Translations under genes and position numbers: made by a program | Part shown: positions 12,212-26,400 of the stretch, piece after piece | Numbering within the stretch: the stretch's first letter is position 1 | How the letters are laid out: each line of letters opens with the position of its first letter | DNA from: Antedon mediterranea | Lineage: Eukaryota; Animalia; Echinodermata | DNA: 64,000 nucleotides | Reading direction: 5' to 3' | Assembly: GCF_964355755.1 (NCBI RefSeq) | Contig: NC_092672.1 | Span: 29,394,437 to 29,458,436, forward strand | The notes under the pieces: generated by a model | Database searches by the model: none | What the model was told of the DNA's origin: nothing | The model's input: only the letters and a program-made list of their open reading frames with translations

Positions 12212-13289
12212 GTTTGATAGTGTAACCAGGTACGTGTAACCGCGAAAAAACATAAATATTAATAGCGCCCTCTATAATTAAGAGAAAGTTGTTGTAGACG
12301 TCGTTAAGTTGTTCATTTTATGACAGGGTTTTTTTTCGATTGCATTTGAACCTGTAATTCAATGGTGGTTGAAAAAGTATAAAAATCAATTAACACTAAC
12401 ACACAATGTTGGTCTACCTCTATTATTATTTAAAAACATGAAATGCGAAGTAATTTTAGGGCGGTGATCGCTTCTTCTTGGTCGTGCTCTCCCCTATGAT
12501 AAAATGATAGGCATATGAACTGATATCTGTATAATTGGTTATTATTAGTGCCTAATTCAAAGTAACGGAGAACAGACTACTTTAATTTTATGTCAGCGCT
12601 TCCCTGTTAAAAACCAGGATTCGCCTCGCGAGTCTGCCAATTCAACTGTTATTATTAATATTACGGATGTTATATCGATCCTAATTTGTTTTAATCTTTA
12701 TCGCGAAAACACGGATCTTTGGCAGTGCCTAATGGATTATAAAGAACTGAAATATTTTAACTACTTCACGGAATGTAAATAGAAAACAAAGAAATAATCA
12801 CAAGCAAACAAGACTTTATTTAAATTTATTAAAATAAAGTAAACGGAAAACTTCGACGTAGTTTTATCCCTTTCGCAATAGGCTAATGATTGTGTAATTA
12901 ACAATCAACGCTATTTTACAATTTATTTAAATCTGAAATATTGTAAATCATGATTTATACTACACATTGCAAATAACGAAAACGATACAGTCAGCAAGTA
13001 AAATATGCCATCTGAGTAGGCCACAAATAAACTAAATTCTTTTTTTTCATTTCATTTCCTTGTCTTGTAATTTAATTTAATTTAATGGAAGGGCAAAATT
13101 TAGTTGAATTTATTATTGCACTGCGGAAAACTAGCTGTAAATCCGGGATGAACATTTTAATTAATTGTAAAATAAACATACATTAAAATCGTCTTCTATC
13201 TAACAGCATAGCAGAATTCATAAAATATTAAAGGGGAGTTTCCCTTTCGACGATTGCACAAAATTCAACACATGGAAAAAAACATAAGT

Positions 13290-13432
13290 TACTTTATGGC
13301 GCATGCTCAGATCAATCACAACCAATGAATAAACTGTTTTGGTCGGAAAATGGCGGATGTGTAGATAGGTTGGTCTAAAAGGTCAGGTTTACGAATACAC
13401 TGCTGTTCTACCTGTATAATTCTGTGGTGAGT
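13290..13432 (+). promoter_or_regulatory. Probable MIB2 promoter and non-coding first exon (donor at 13427)
   Basis: NRF1-like GCGCATGCTC (13299), CCAAT (13322), YY1-type AAAATGGCGG (13347-13356) and a strong donor TG|GTGAGT. It would pair with the acceptor at 14241-14242 upstream of the ATG. Confidence 0.6.
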
Positions 13433-14274
13433 TGACAATTCAGTTTACAGCACAACGCACATGTGTTTCTTTGGTGCATTTAAATATGGTCTTTGGTGGA
13501 ATAAAACGGAGCACTTCTAATGAATCTAGGCTAGGCCGAGGACGAGGTAATGAGGTTACAAATCCACCACCACCAGACGGAAAGTGCAGACGTCAATGTT
13601 TGTTGTGTGTGAGGGTTCGACCGTTGACAGATGGGTCAATGACAGTCACTGTCTAGCCTAAGTAACTGTCGATGTAGGCCTAGGCAACTATAATAGCTCT
13701 AAATTAATGGATGAAACTCGAAATACAAAGTTATATTAATTATTATAATATTATTTTCAAATAAAAGTTTGTGAGTGACTGACTGACCGGACCTGACCTC
13801 CCACTCTGCTGGGGCCCTCCTGACTTCCTTATTTTTCATTTTATTTAGCATGATCTAGGCTAGTCTAGCAAGACTATTTAACTAAATAATACTAGGCTAG
13901 GTTACAGGTAGGCTGAGCTGTAGTACTATTTCTAGACCTGTAGTTAGCTGTAGTTATATACAATAGGTTGGTCTGACAGTGTGCATGGAGGACAGGCTCG
14001 CTTAATATGAATGCAATAGGATTCCATGACGATGATTACAGTATACAGACCAAACTAGGAGAACTGTTCAATGGTATACAGATGTGGCATGGAGGGAGGT
14101 TAAACCTTGAGCTGACCCTACAGAACTAACTACTAGTAGGCTAGGCCTAGATACCAATTACAATAAGCCATTCAAATCATTCAATCAGCAGTTCATTGTA
14201 GTTTTTTATTCAAACTAACATTTATCTTTCTTTTTTTCACAGATATACGTACAAAAGTTTCTCGACTGCGACAT

Positions 14275-14497
14275 ATGGAAGTAGGATTACGTGTAGTCCG
14301 CGGCCCAAACTGGAAATGGGGCAACCAGGATGACGGGGAGGGCCACATTGGGACTGTCGTGGAGATAGGGTGTGCTGGTAGCACTACGTCTCCAGATAAA
14401 ACTGTTGTGGTACAGTGGGATTGTGGCACACGTACCAACTACCGGACCGGATACCAGGGTTGTTACGATTTATTGATTTATGATAACGCACCAGTTG
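14275..14497 (+). CDS. MIB2: MIB2 coding exon 1, MIB/HERC2 domain 1 (exon starts 14243)
   Basis: [23 protein letters not shown]...YDNAPV; donor G|GTGAGT. Confidence 0.95.
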
Positions 14498-17400
14498 GTG
14501 AGTACCAATAATATATATGATAAAAATAATATTTTTATCATTTAACAAATTTGTATTTAGTATAGGCCTAGTGCTACTGTACTGTACTGTACACAGGGAC
14601 AATGATTTATTTGACGAAGATGTTCCTGATCTATATTACTAGTAACATTTATTTTTAATTAGTCAGCAAACGTGTAACTGTACACTTGTTTTTCATTTCA
14701 CTTAAAACATTTAATTTATTTTTTTTTATTAACATTAAATTTTATAATCATATAGTATACAAATTATACAATTAGATACATTCCGATCAATAATACAATA
14801 CAAATTAATCTAATTTATTGCATTTGAACATTTTTTTTCCTTTGAACAATTAAATCTAAAGATAAAATTCTTAAATTCTGATTTTTTAAATCATCTTGTT
14901 TCCTGTTATACCATTTTGTGTATTATTAGTGGCAGGCTCCATACATTTGAATGTTAATTAAAATAAAGTATGACAAAAAAACAATGTACGGTACACTTCA
15001 TAAGGTGTCATTGACTTTTAACACGAAACATAAAATTAATAAGCATTTAAGTGCTTAAACTTAAACTTAATTAAAAGGATATTAATAACTTCCGTGGCTA
15101 TAACAATGATAATGATAAATTACTAGTCGTCTTCATATCAATCAGTCATTAATTAGAGAGTGTCCAAAATTAGGTAAAGTGTGTCAAAATATGTATTTAA
15201 CCTAATTATTTTGCACACATGTTCTCGGTACCAGTACAGTAGGATTACAACAGTTTTGAACTAAGGCTGTCTTCTTGTGTACAGAAGCACTTTAAACACA
15301 AGTGAGTGAGTGGCCGAGCGGTTAAGACAGTGGAACCGTAATCACGTAGCCATAACATCGGCAGGGGTTCGAGGCTCACTCACTCCATGGTTCTGGTGGT
15401 AGAACGAGTCTTCTCGGATAAGGACTATAAACCGTAGGTCCAGTGTACACAACTTGCTCGTGTGCACTTTAAAGAACCTAGTACATCTTTCGAGACGAGT
15501 AGGGGGTTACCCCGGTGTATTAGTACATCACAGCCACTGATCACCAACTGGGCCCTCTGGGAGATCAGTCTTTGACTGAAGAGGTCACCCAGTATAAAGA
15601 TAAAACAAACAAACAAAACAAACAAAGGTCTAGTGTACAGTACAGTACTACAGTACTTAAATAGCTTGTGTGCATCTTTCGAATAGGGGTTCCCCCGATG
15701 TACCTGGTCTAATGTAATCAGCCTCTGTTGTTGTAGACAGACGAACGGGCAGCTCTTGTTTTTTGTATGACACACAGGGACCCTAGGGGGAAGCAGAAAG
15801 TTGTTTTACAGTATGTGGCGTCCACACCTGTGCATAATTCATCCCGGTTTAGACTGTAAGACATGGGTCATTCCTATACATTTAGATGGTATTATTAATA
15901 AATAACTAGAGAACACTATACTTTATTTGACAACAAAATGTCATGTGCCCATATATGGACATGATTATCATGGGCACATTCATTTTTTTTGTCAAACTAG
16001 TCATGATACTGATAGTGTAGACAGAGCCTAAAATCAAATACACTATTTATTGCAAATGAATGCTTGCTTCATAATCTTCTACATTGTGAAACAAACTATA
16101 AAATAATGTGTTGTTGTGGTGGAAAATGTAATTACCTGCAGTAACTGCAGTATAATAATTTTGACATGATCCCTTAGTAAATATATTTGTATGGATTTTT
16201 CACATTTATTTCTCATTTTCAGTGATGATACTAGAATAGCTATCAAATATTGATTATTGTAAACAATACCCAGCATTGACAGACAGTTTATCTAGGTCAT
16301 TGATAGATCCACACCCAATGTGTACAAAATCCTATAATTATCATGACTATTCATTGAATGACTATTCTTTCTATAGTGTACCAGCACAAATTATAATAAT
16401 TTGTCATCTATTTTTAGTGCCTAGCATTGAAAAAATGTCATAAAATTTTTTTGTCAATATTGCTAAATCAAACTGATTTTTGAGTCGAGAAACATACAGT
16501 ACAGTAGTTTTGTATTGTATTTTTTGCTACACTGTTTAGAAATGTTTTAGTTCAAAAAAAGGGTGTTTTGCTATGCTACACTAGCGAAATTATTTCCTGC
16601 CTGCTTACATGGATAAACCAACAATAGCCTATTCTCTTCAAAGAGCAAGATATTTATAACACACGGTTTATTTTTATTACTTTAGCCTGCTATGCTACAT
16701 TAGCGAAATTATTCCCTGCCCAGCTTACATGGATAAACCAACAATAGCCTATTCTCTTTAAAGAGCAAGATATAAAAGTAGAAAACAATTTTAATAACCT
16801 TTTTAAAAATTGTCCCCCTGAAAAAATATATATTTTGTACATTTTTTTTTGTTGATTATTAAATTTTAATGTCAAATATAGTTAATATATTCCCTTTGAA
16901 AAAGAATTTGATCAAATGAAAAAAAATATTTACCTAAAAAAATAAACATAATTTAATCCAAAAAATGTTGGAAATACATTGTAAAACTTTGGGTCATTTA
17001 TTTGGGTCATCATTAAGCCTATGATCGTAATCGAAGATTGCTTTCACATGGTTGAATTTACAAAATAATTTCAGTTGTAGCGTCTAGCGGCAGAAGTGTT
17101 TGGTATTACTACCGTGTCCGCAAAGAGTTCATGTACGAGACGAACATAAGCCTTTGGTAAGCCGTCAAACGCATACATGAATTTACGTTGATGGATATAG
17201 ACGGCAAAGGTATCTCTATCAATCAAATGCATTTTATTTTGGATGACATTTTTTATTGTCTACAACCATATTGGCGGTCTCCTTCGTCAACTGTCAGAAA
17301 CGAATCGCGTTTGAGAAGTTGTTTCACAAGGCATGACAGATCAGCAGCACGACATAAAAGATAATTTAGAAAGAAATTTGACGTGAATTGTCAGTTGAGA

Positions 17401-20400
17401 AAGTCCATTATGGAGTGGAATGAGGAAATGCTCCGAGGGGACCAATATGTTCATGATCCGATTGCCAGGAATGGTTTTTCATTAGTCGCAAATAATTGAC
17501 TTGCTTCTCCGTATGATCCTTAGGTTTAGGCATGAAGGGGTGAGGTTTATTTCTTTTTTTAGCTGAAAAACACTTTCAATACTTAACAATTTTCATAATT
17601 TCCAAAGTACTGTAGTTTAATTTATGATTGTCTCGCGAAACATTTTGTTTTCTTCAAATTTGTTTGTTGATTATACCATTTTAATGTCCCGTTTTACCTG
17701 AAAAAATGTAATTTAAAGCAAAAAATGACAATAGTTTTTGGTTAAAATTAAAGGTTTCTTTTGTCTTTTTATAAATTAAATAATAATTTTTTGGGAGTTT
17801 TTTAACATACTGTAACTTTAATAAGTGAATAACGCTAACTTTTTGTCATGTTTTGGAGGAACATTGCATCGAAAGATTAATGAAATTACTGTAAGTACAG
17901 TACGATATTTCTATGTCATAAAATTCATTAAAAAAAAACCAAAAATCTTTTTTATAGTCATTCGAAGTATAAAATGTATCTTGAAAAACCTCCTCCCTAC
18001 GAATACATTGTTTGTATATTTTTGTTGTCTTTAAAATTCAGCAAAATTAAATTATTGCATTTTATATAAATCATGACTCACCAAAAAGACTGAGAATAAA
18101 TATATCTTCTTCAAAACCACTTTACATCAATCATCATCCCCCGAGAAATTTCTATTAAAATGTAAATTAAAATTGAGTAGAATAGATTCTGTATCATCCC
18201 TGTGTCATTTTCCATTATTGAATGGCTCCAGGTTGTATAGGAAGTTGCCATGTTAAAAATGATTCTCCTTTTTACTGCCAGTAGTTTTAGTTTTCAATGT
18301 TGTATGTCAAAATTGAGATCTTTAATATGATTACAGTATACTATAAAAACTTATTTTACTGTAACTGGTTTTATTCATTTTATGTTACACAGTAGTCTCA
18401 TAATAATATTATTTTATGAATTGAATGTCCAACAAAATATCGTCATCGTTAAAATAAATAATCTTACTTTAGTAACAGTGGAGTACAATAATGACATCAA
18501 AAGAAAAAGTGTCCAATAAATTAAAAACGAAAGATTAATCAAATGTTTACATTTTTTCATATTTAAAAATAATCCTAAAAAATTGCACTGCCCTTTAGTA
18601 TTGAGAGTCCCTTGAATAGGAACTGGTCATATAGTGTTAGTTATTTAAAACGTGTAATATTTCTGTTGTTTGTAACAGAATGTCTGCTGAGGTGTCCCCT
18701 GAATGTCTGCTGAGATCTCTTTTGAATAGTGATGTCCTAAAAGAAGGGATACTATACAGTAGTACTTGCCGCAGTATATAAAATGAAATCATACAATCTT
18801 GATAAAAGAATTAAACATTTCCATTTCCAACAGAAGATGTCATCATTAACAATAACGAAGTGTTGTTGTTTTAGATCAATTTGCTCAGTATTAAATGAAT
18901 ATTCATGTTTTCAATCAATATCTAAATTAAATATCTCCGTTGTTATGTTTTACCCTACAAAACTAAAAGCGCTTGACGTACAGTACTCATGAATATTAAT
19001 TAGCTATTGAGAACCCCCAACCACTGAATAAACACACATTATACAATTTGGTGAGGTTTTCTATATTTTTTTTTTAATTTTATTCAATTTGTAAATTTCA
19101 TACCAAGTGTGCATTTTTTCTTCAATAATAATTAATATTATTTGTCATGATGACAATGTTGGAATCACTGTAACTAGTAAAGCTCTGTCTACACTATCAA
19201 ACTAGTTTGACCAAAAAAGTGTGATGTGCCCAAATATGGTAGTGATATGACATTATCATGTCCATATGGGCACATCACATTTTTTTGTCACATAAAGTTT
19301 GATACTGCAGACAGAGCTTAAGTAGTAATCACCAATGTCTTGGGTAATGATGTTTACATTGAGTACTATTTACCAGTAGCAACATTTCCAATAATTAATT
19401 AACACAATGATCTAATAATAAAATTTATAATTTATTTTTCTTCTTTTCACGCGAGGCAAACAGAATTTAATTAATTAATAATGGATTTAATTAAAGTAAT
19501 GATAATTTACAGTAATATGATTAAGCCTGTACACTGTTCTTAATAAATTCAATTCATTTTTATTTCCGATTTTCACTTAATTAAATTATATAAAATATTA
19601 CTATCAAACAGTATATTTTAACATTAACAAAGTTGTTATTAATATATTCTGCTAATTGAAATTGAAGCTTGGCTCCTACAGTACTTAGATAATGTCAACT
19701 GTGATAGATGTATTGTAACTCACTTTCATTGAAACTACATAGTTTGTATTAAAAGTAAATGCAAATGGGGAATAACCTGGGACTTGCAGCCTACTGGGCT
19801 GAATTGCTCACAGGTGTGAACGACACATACAACTTTCTACTTAGCAAGGGTCCCTCGTTTCAAGTGCTGCCACCAAACTGTGACTGTTCGTGTGTCCACA
19901 ACGTTTGTATCAAAGTGGGAACCAAGCTTTAGGATCCAGTACACCATATTAACGCTCAATTTTTTGTTATGCCTTGTTTACACTATCAAACTTTATGGGA
20001 AAAACTCAGATCTAGAAAACTCAGATCTCAGATATATCTGAGTTTTCTAGTTCTAGAAAACTCGGATATCTGACTTCTCTAGATTCAGAAAACTCAGATA
20101 TATCTGAGATCTGAGTTTTCTAGACACCCAACTTTATGTGACAAAAAAATTTGATGTGCCCATATATGGACCTGATGATGTCATATCACTACCATATTTA
20201 GGCATCACAGCCATATTTGGTTTGGTCACACTTTTTTTGTCAAACTAGTTTTAGTTGCTTTACTGTAGGTCCTGAAGATGTACATTTAATATGAATTCTA
20301 ACCTCTGTGATTACTTTTCGATTTGAAAGTAAACATCATATTTCCTTCCTTCCAGTCTACTTAACAATTTAGTATCAAAACAAGGAAAGCATAAGAATCG

Positions 20401-23400
20401 TTTTAATTCCAATGTTTGTAAAGATGTTTAGATAGTATAAGAACCTTTCATGTTAAGTGATCTGCATTGATTTCTTGGACTAAATTTTATAGACTGTCTA
20501 TCCTCAAATCTCAGCTGAAAATAATGTTAAATATCGTGTCCCACAAAACACTGCACCACTGCAATGCTAAACAGTTTATACTGTAGTGTATTATGAGACC
20601 ATACAAATTAACCCTAGTATTTTCCCTCTTTGATTGAATACTAGTGTACATAGCACCCTAACCAGCAGCGGTAAGAGTGCTGGATATCTTCATATTAGCA
20701 CGGGTAAAATTTCTTCTAATAATATTAATAATTTCTCTTTTCTTTTTTTTCCCTTTAATTGTTCAAATTTTTTTATATTTCCATTTACGGTAAGTATTGT
20801 ACATTTTTTATGAATAAACGATCCTTGTAAACATACCGTAATTCAATAAAAACCTTTACTGTACTACTGTACATATTAAAACAGAGAGAATAATTCGTGC
20901 CGAACCAACAAGACTTTCCTGTTGCTGTTTACATACAGTACCTCTGAACACTTGACAACAACACAATAATTTAATAGATATTTTCAATTAAAAAAAAAAT
21001 TTTTGTTTGGTGAAAAAAAATATCCTGCAGATCCAAAATGTAATGGCGAAATGGATGCAAAACTAACATTTTTTCCACCTAAAATCAACAAATTTTATCT
21101 CGAAACATCAAAGGATAATGGCCTGATTTGAATATTGTTGATAAATGAATCAACTAACGCACGCAATCAGCGCCATATGCCATTCAGTATCCTGTTTCGG
21201 TCTCTCTAGTATTACCACTGTTTAACTCATCAGCTTTGTTTACATTGTCATAATTACAATGTCAACATCAGCAAAAGTAATTATTGAATTCATGTAAATT
21301 TTGTCTATTATAACACTATCTCCGTAATTTGTTTTCACATGGTAGATGGAGACAGTGGAGTAACTGCTATGTGCGCTCACTGGCTAAACCCAGCGACACG
21401 GAGCTTACTCTATAGGGACCCCTGAGCATGGTCTAGAGGAAAAAGCTGGCATTAAAATATGTCAAAACAGGCTGAAAACGTCCAAGGTCTCCAGTATTGG
21501 GCCGCTTATTGTTCCCCAGGCTTCTCCATGCGTAACCTATACTGTAAATAGGCTGTGTAGGAATACTGCATGGCTTTCCATTCCATCCATATCTTCTGTA
21601 TTGTATTTCACACAATAAAGCTCAGGTACAGGCTTGAATTTTAATAATATTTGGTTAATTGTACATAAATCAAATATTTGTAACAGAAATCAAGACGAAA
21701 AACATCAATTTCCCTTAATATGGTCAAATACAAAATTTGGCAAAATTCTTCCATAAAAACCAGGAAGACTTTTTTTCAGTAGTTAGGTAGTTACGGTAAT
21801 GTAATATGTCTGGTGACTCTCTAGACGGTGAAAAAAGATGGTGGATATACAGTGGATAATTTTTGCTATAGCATGAAAATAAAAAATCTGAAGTTGAATA
21901 AAAATATCAGAAATGTAATATTTAAGTTATATTACCTATATTTAGTCATCTGATAACATTTTTTACCACACCGTTTATTTTTTATAGCTTTTTAAAATGC
22001 CTCTCTATTTACAAAATGTGTGTACAAAAGAATAGAGATTTTACTGTGTAATTTGAACTCTCCCCCCACTGATAAGAAAGTGCTTATTTTCAACAAGCTC
22101 GTGTAACACAAATAAAATTATGAAACATAGGGGAAACTATAGATCGATAGTAATTGGAATGTATGATCAATAGAATTTTTTTGCCCACACCTGGCCTTTA
22201 ATCTATTTCATGCCCAGTCATGACTGTGGTGATCCCATCTTCTATGGCAGATATATCTTAGTAGAAGTAGAGAAAGCTTCACTCACTTTTCAATGAAAAA
22301 TCCCTAAAATTTAAGCAGCAATTGTCCCTATGACCTTTTTGTTTGTTTTCCTGGTGTCCTCTCCCACTTCCCATTCCCCTTCCCCCAACATAAAAATCTG
22401 AAATCTTGCCTAGCTTTACTTGGATAAACTTGTCATCAATTTTTATATCAGATCAATGACCCCTTTCTTCCCAATAATTCTATCTAACTTAACCTATTAA
22501 AGCCATCTGTGGCCATATTCACCATTTACACTTAATGCTAACGGAAATATCTCACTTAAGTGTTGGTGAATATGGCCAATGGTCTACACTGTACAGAACT
22601 CCATACACATCTTATAATACCAGATCGGATCGAGAGCTTCATTTTCTCCGTCTGTCATTAATCTTCTGTATTGTTCACATAATAATTTAATACTTTAATT
22701 TAATAGCTATTTCGTGCCCCAATGTATATCAACTGCTATATATAGCTGCTATATTTGATAGTTTTTTTGATAGTTTTTTCATTAATGGCTAATGTGTGGT
22801 TGGTATCCTGAAATAAATTTTTCGTAAATTTAAATGTTTTTTTTAGCCAGATATTTTAACAATTAATACAATACATCATGAATTTCAAAGTTGGCCAAGG
22901 ACGTCAAAAGTAAACTATTAATTTAACTCTAGCCAGCAAGCAAACTTATAAATTCTCAATAAAATAAAGAATACAATTATTAATTTGTTTTATGTATTAT
23001 GTTATTCATATTTTTTGAGCCAACATGATTTTGTATGTTTAACATTAACAGTTTGATATTAATCAGAATCAGAAAAAAAATTATGTTTCTTCTTGAGTTT
23101 TACTGTGTAAATAGAACAATTCTCTGAACATAATGACATCTGGTTGGTTTTGGCTCGGCAAAGTAAGGGATTTTATATTGCTATACGAGAAACTATCTTT
23201 ATACAACCTGCGTAATATTCAATAACAATACGGCAAGAATAACTTGCTTTGTACAATAAAATACCATTGTGTTTATTGTTATGTTAAGTGCATCAATTTG
23301 AGTGCATTAAAACCAGTGTGTGTAGTATTAATAGTGCAAAACAGGATCCTGACATTAAACAAACCATAACAATTTGACATGCTATATTATCATTTTTCTT

Positions 23401-26400
23401 GGTTAAATTTTTATTGTACTGTACTGTAGATATCTAATGTTCCTATACTATTTCTGTACATTACTATCATTAAACAAGCCTACAGTATGGTATTTACCCT
23501 CTTCTGTACTATTAATATTTATTTACTGTTTTAGTGGCTATTAAAGCCATATTATTTGCTTTTAGCTTGTTTAATTATTTGTTTTAAAATGAATACCATG
23601 TAGTATACTATACACAGTAGTATACATTGTTTATACAGTATTCAATTCAATTCAATTTCTTTTTATTTCGGAAATATCATCAATATTAATAAACGTATAA
23701 ACAGAAAAAAAATAAAAAATAAAAAATCGTAAACTCTAAACTTAAGTACAGTATATATAGAATGCTTCTCCTACAATACATTTTGGAGTTATGGAGCATA
23801 TTTTTGCAAACACAAGCAACAAGGATGTTACCACTAAATTAAAGATAAAAATAATATAATAATTCCCTCCTGAATCCTTGCTATGTAAACATGAATTCAC
23901 AATTACTAGACAAATAAAATAATAATAATTCATATTTCCCCAGTCCCTCTCACTAAATTTATTATCAGATAATTATAAAAGGGTATGATGATACAGCTAC
24001 TGTATCCTATTAAGATACAAACATTACAGCTGACTATGTTGAATGGTCGGTCAGTAAACACTAACTTGAGCACGCGACTGCAGCCATGTATATGGCCTTG
24101 TTTCAGTACAATATTATTTGAAAATCCTACTGTACAGTACATACCAATTTTAAAATTGCAAAATTATTCACTGAAAATTATAACTTCTTTCAAGTTTAAC
24201 AAGAATATCTGCAGGAATGTTTTGAATTAAAAATTCATTAAGGGTAGAGTTGCTTTAGTAGGGGATTATTTTAAAGGGACTACATATTTTAAAATTTTTA
24301 TTTATAATCGTTTTTTTGCCATATATAAATACAGTATCTTTATTATTTAAAACTATAGTACTGTATAAAATAATCTATTTTTTTGGGCGACAATAATGTC
24401 TTTAAATATTAATTCATTTTATTATTCAGCCTTCTTGAAAAAGGTCAAATCCCTATTGTAGGCAAAATCCATAAAACCTCAAAGTTAATTACCATGAAGG
24501 TAAAAACACTAAAATCCTATTGTTTGAAAGTTTCGTATTATAAGCAAGCAAGCAAGTGTTGCTTTATTGAAATACGAAACTGAAAAAGGTTCAGCACAGA
24601 GCCTGTCTCTAATGCCTAGACAAACTGCTTGAAAATAATTTGTGGATGAAAGAAACCTTATTAAGAGGACATCTTTGGTACCCAATAGCAGGCTCCTCTA
24701 AGGCCCTGTTTCTGCTGCCAAGAAAATACCGTATTTAATATGGTTTTTTTTAATACTCATGTATTTATACCGTATTTAGGCAGCATAAACTGCGCTCATA
24801 AAAAAAATACCATATTTTCCCCACAAAATTTGTGGATAAAATACGGTATTTACAAATTTATACCGTATTTTTTGTACCCTTTTCTGCTGCCAATAAAAAA
24901 CACCGTATTTTGTTTGACCTGCGACATGAGGTCAACATCGTGTTTTAATTTTTTGTCGCTGTCACTCAGCTGTTTTACACACGTGTATAGATATATTTGG
25001 TGACGTTACTGTGTGGGGAGGGAAGCTAAAATGTCCGGCCAACTAAAAGGTAATAAAAGGGACAACCACATTTATAAAGACATTTCTAAAAAAATAAAGC
25101 AGGAGTATGGAATAGACTTGTCTCCAAAGCAAGTAAATTCAAAACTAAAGAGCCTGTGAAAGCAGTACAACATTGCAAAAGACAATCACTCGTAGAGGAA
25201 CGAATTACTTGGTGTTCTTAATTCATCAGTTGGAATTATAAATCATTTGAGGAGATACAGTGCTTGTTGAATGCATTTCAAATCATGATCAAACTACTGT
25301 AAATGTCTATATTGTATGGATTAAGACTGTCTACTTAAATTTAAATTACAAATCCAATTTGGCATTGTTTCGGAACGTCTTAGCATATTGGATTTGTATG
25401 ATGTTTTTGAGAACAAATACTCAGAAGGTGTTGGCTGTAGTTTAAAAATACATTTCCCTCGTTCGTTTTATGGAAAAGTGTCCCAAAGTGGTGTTTTTCT
25501 ACTGTATAATGTCAATCTGCTGAAACATGAGCAAAATAAAATAACTGGTTGTTATTAACTATGAAAAAAAAAAATCCATGGTGTAAAACTATAAACTTTA
25601 AAAAGAAATGTAAATCATTTCGAAATCTTTTATTTCAACCTCTTAAAGCTTAATTAATCGGTAAGAGGGTGGGGTTAGTAAGAGGGTGGGGTTAGTAAGA
25701 GGGTGGGGTTAGTAAGAGGGTGGGGTGAGTAAGAGGGTGGGGTTAGGGTTATTGTTACATTAATATAAATGTTTTATTTCTTGCAAATGTGTTTATAAAA
25801 TGTTTGTTTATATTTTGTAGTGTAACAAATATTTTCAAGTCTGGTTGCCATTTCAAAAATTTAATACCAAAATAAATAATTTATATGTAAATAAATTAAA
25901 TTTTGACTATATTATTTGTGGATTTAATTTAGTCATAGAATCCCGATCGGGAACGGGATTTCGGCCGGGATCCCGTCGGGAATTTTCCCAATAATCCCGA
26001 TTTCCTAGTGGGAATCAAGACCAATAATGGGATCCTTATAGGGATCCCAACGATTTTTATTGTGGGGATATGTGGAGAGAAGTGGGGAAATAGCTACAAT
26101 GCAAAATATAATTTTTTTATTTAAAATAGTTTAGAGTTTGTATCTGTACATGGCAAGGGAATTAATGCAAATTAGTTTGCTTTTTTATCCAATTTGAAAC
26201 TGATGAGAAGAAACATTTATGGTTCAGTTATTTTTACAATAAATTATTTAATTTTTTAAATTATACAGTATTCAAATTACAAGGATATGCAATGACACAA
26301 AGAAACCTATACTTTGAATTATTATTTTATTAGAATTTTAACTTTTGGAATTTTGAAATAAATCATAGTGTGGGAATTATCGAAGCTTGAGTAGCATTTG

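Noticed and set aside
15301-15385. Possible tRNA gene
   Set aside because: A and B boxes are present but there is no proper cloverleaf or oligo-T terminator, and it continues into a multi-copy SINE body
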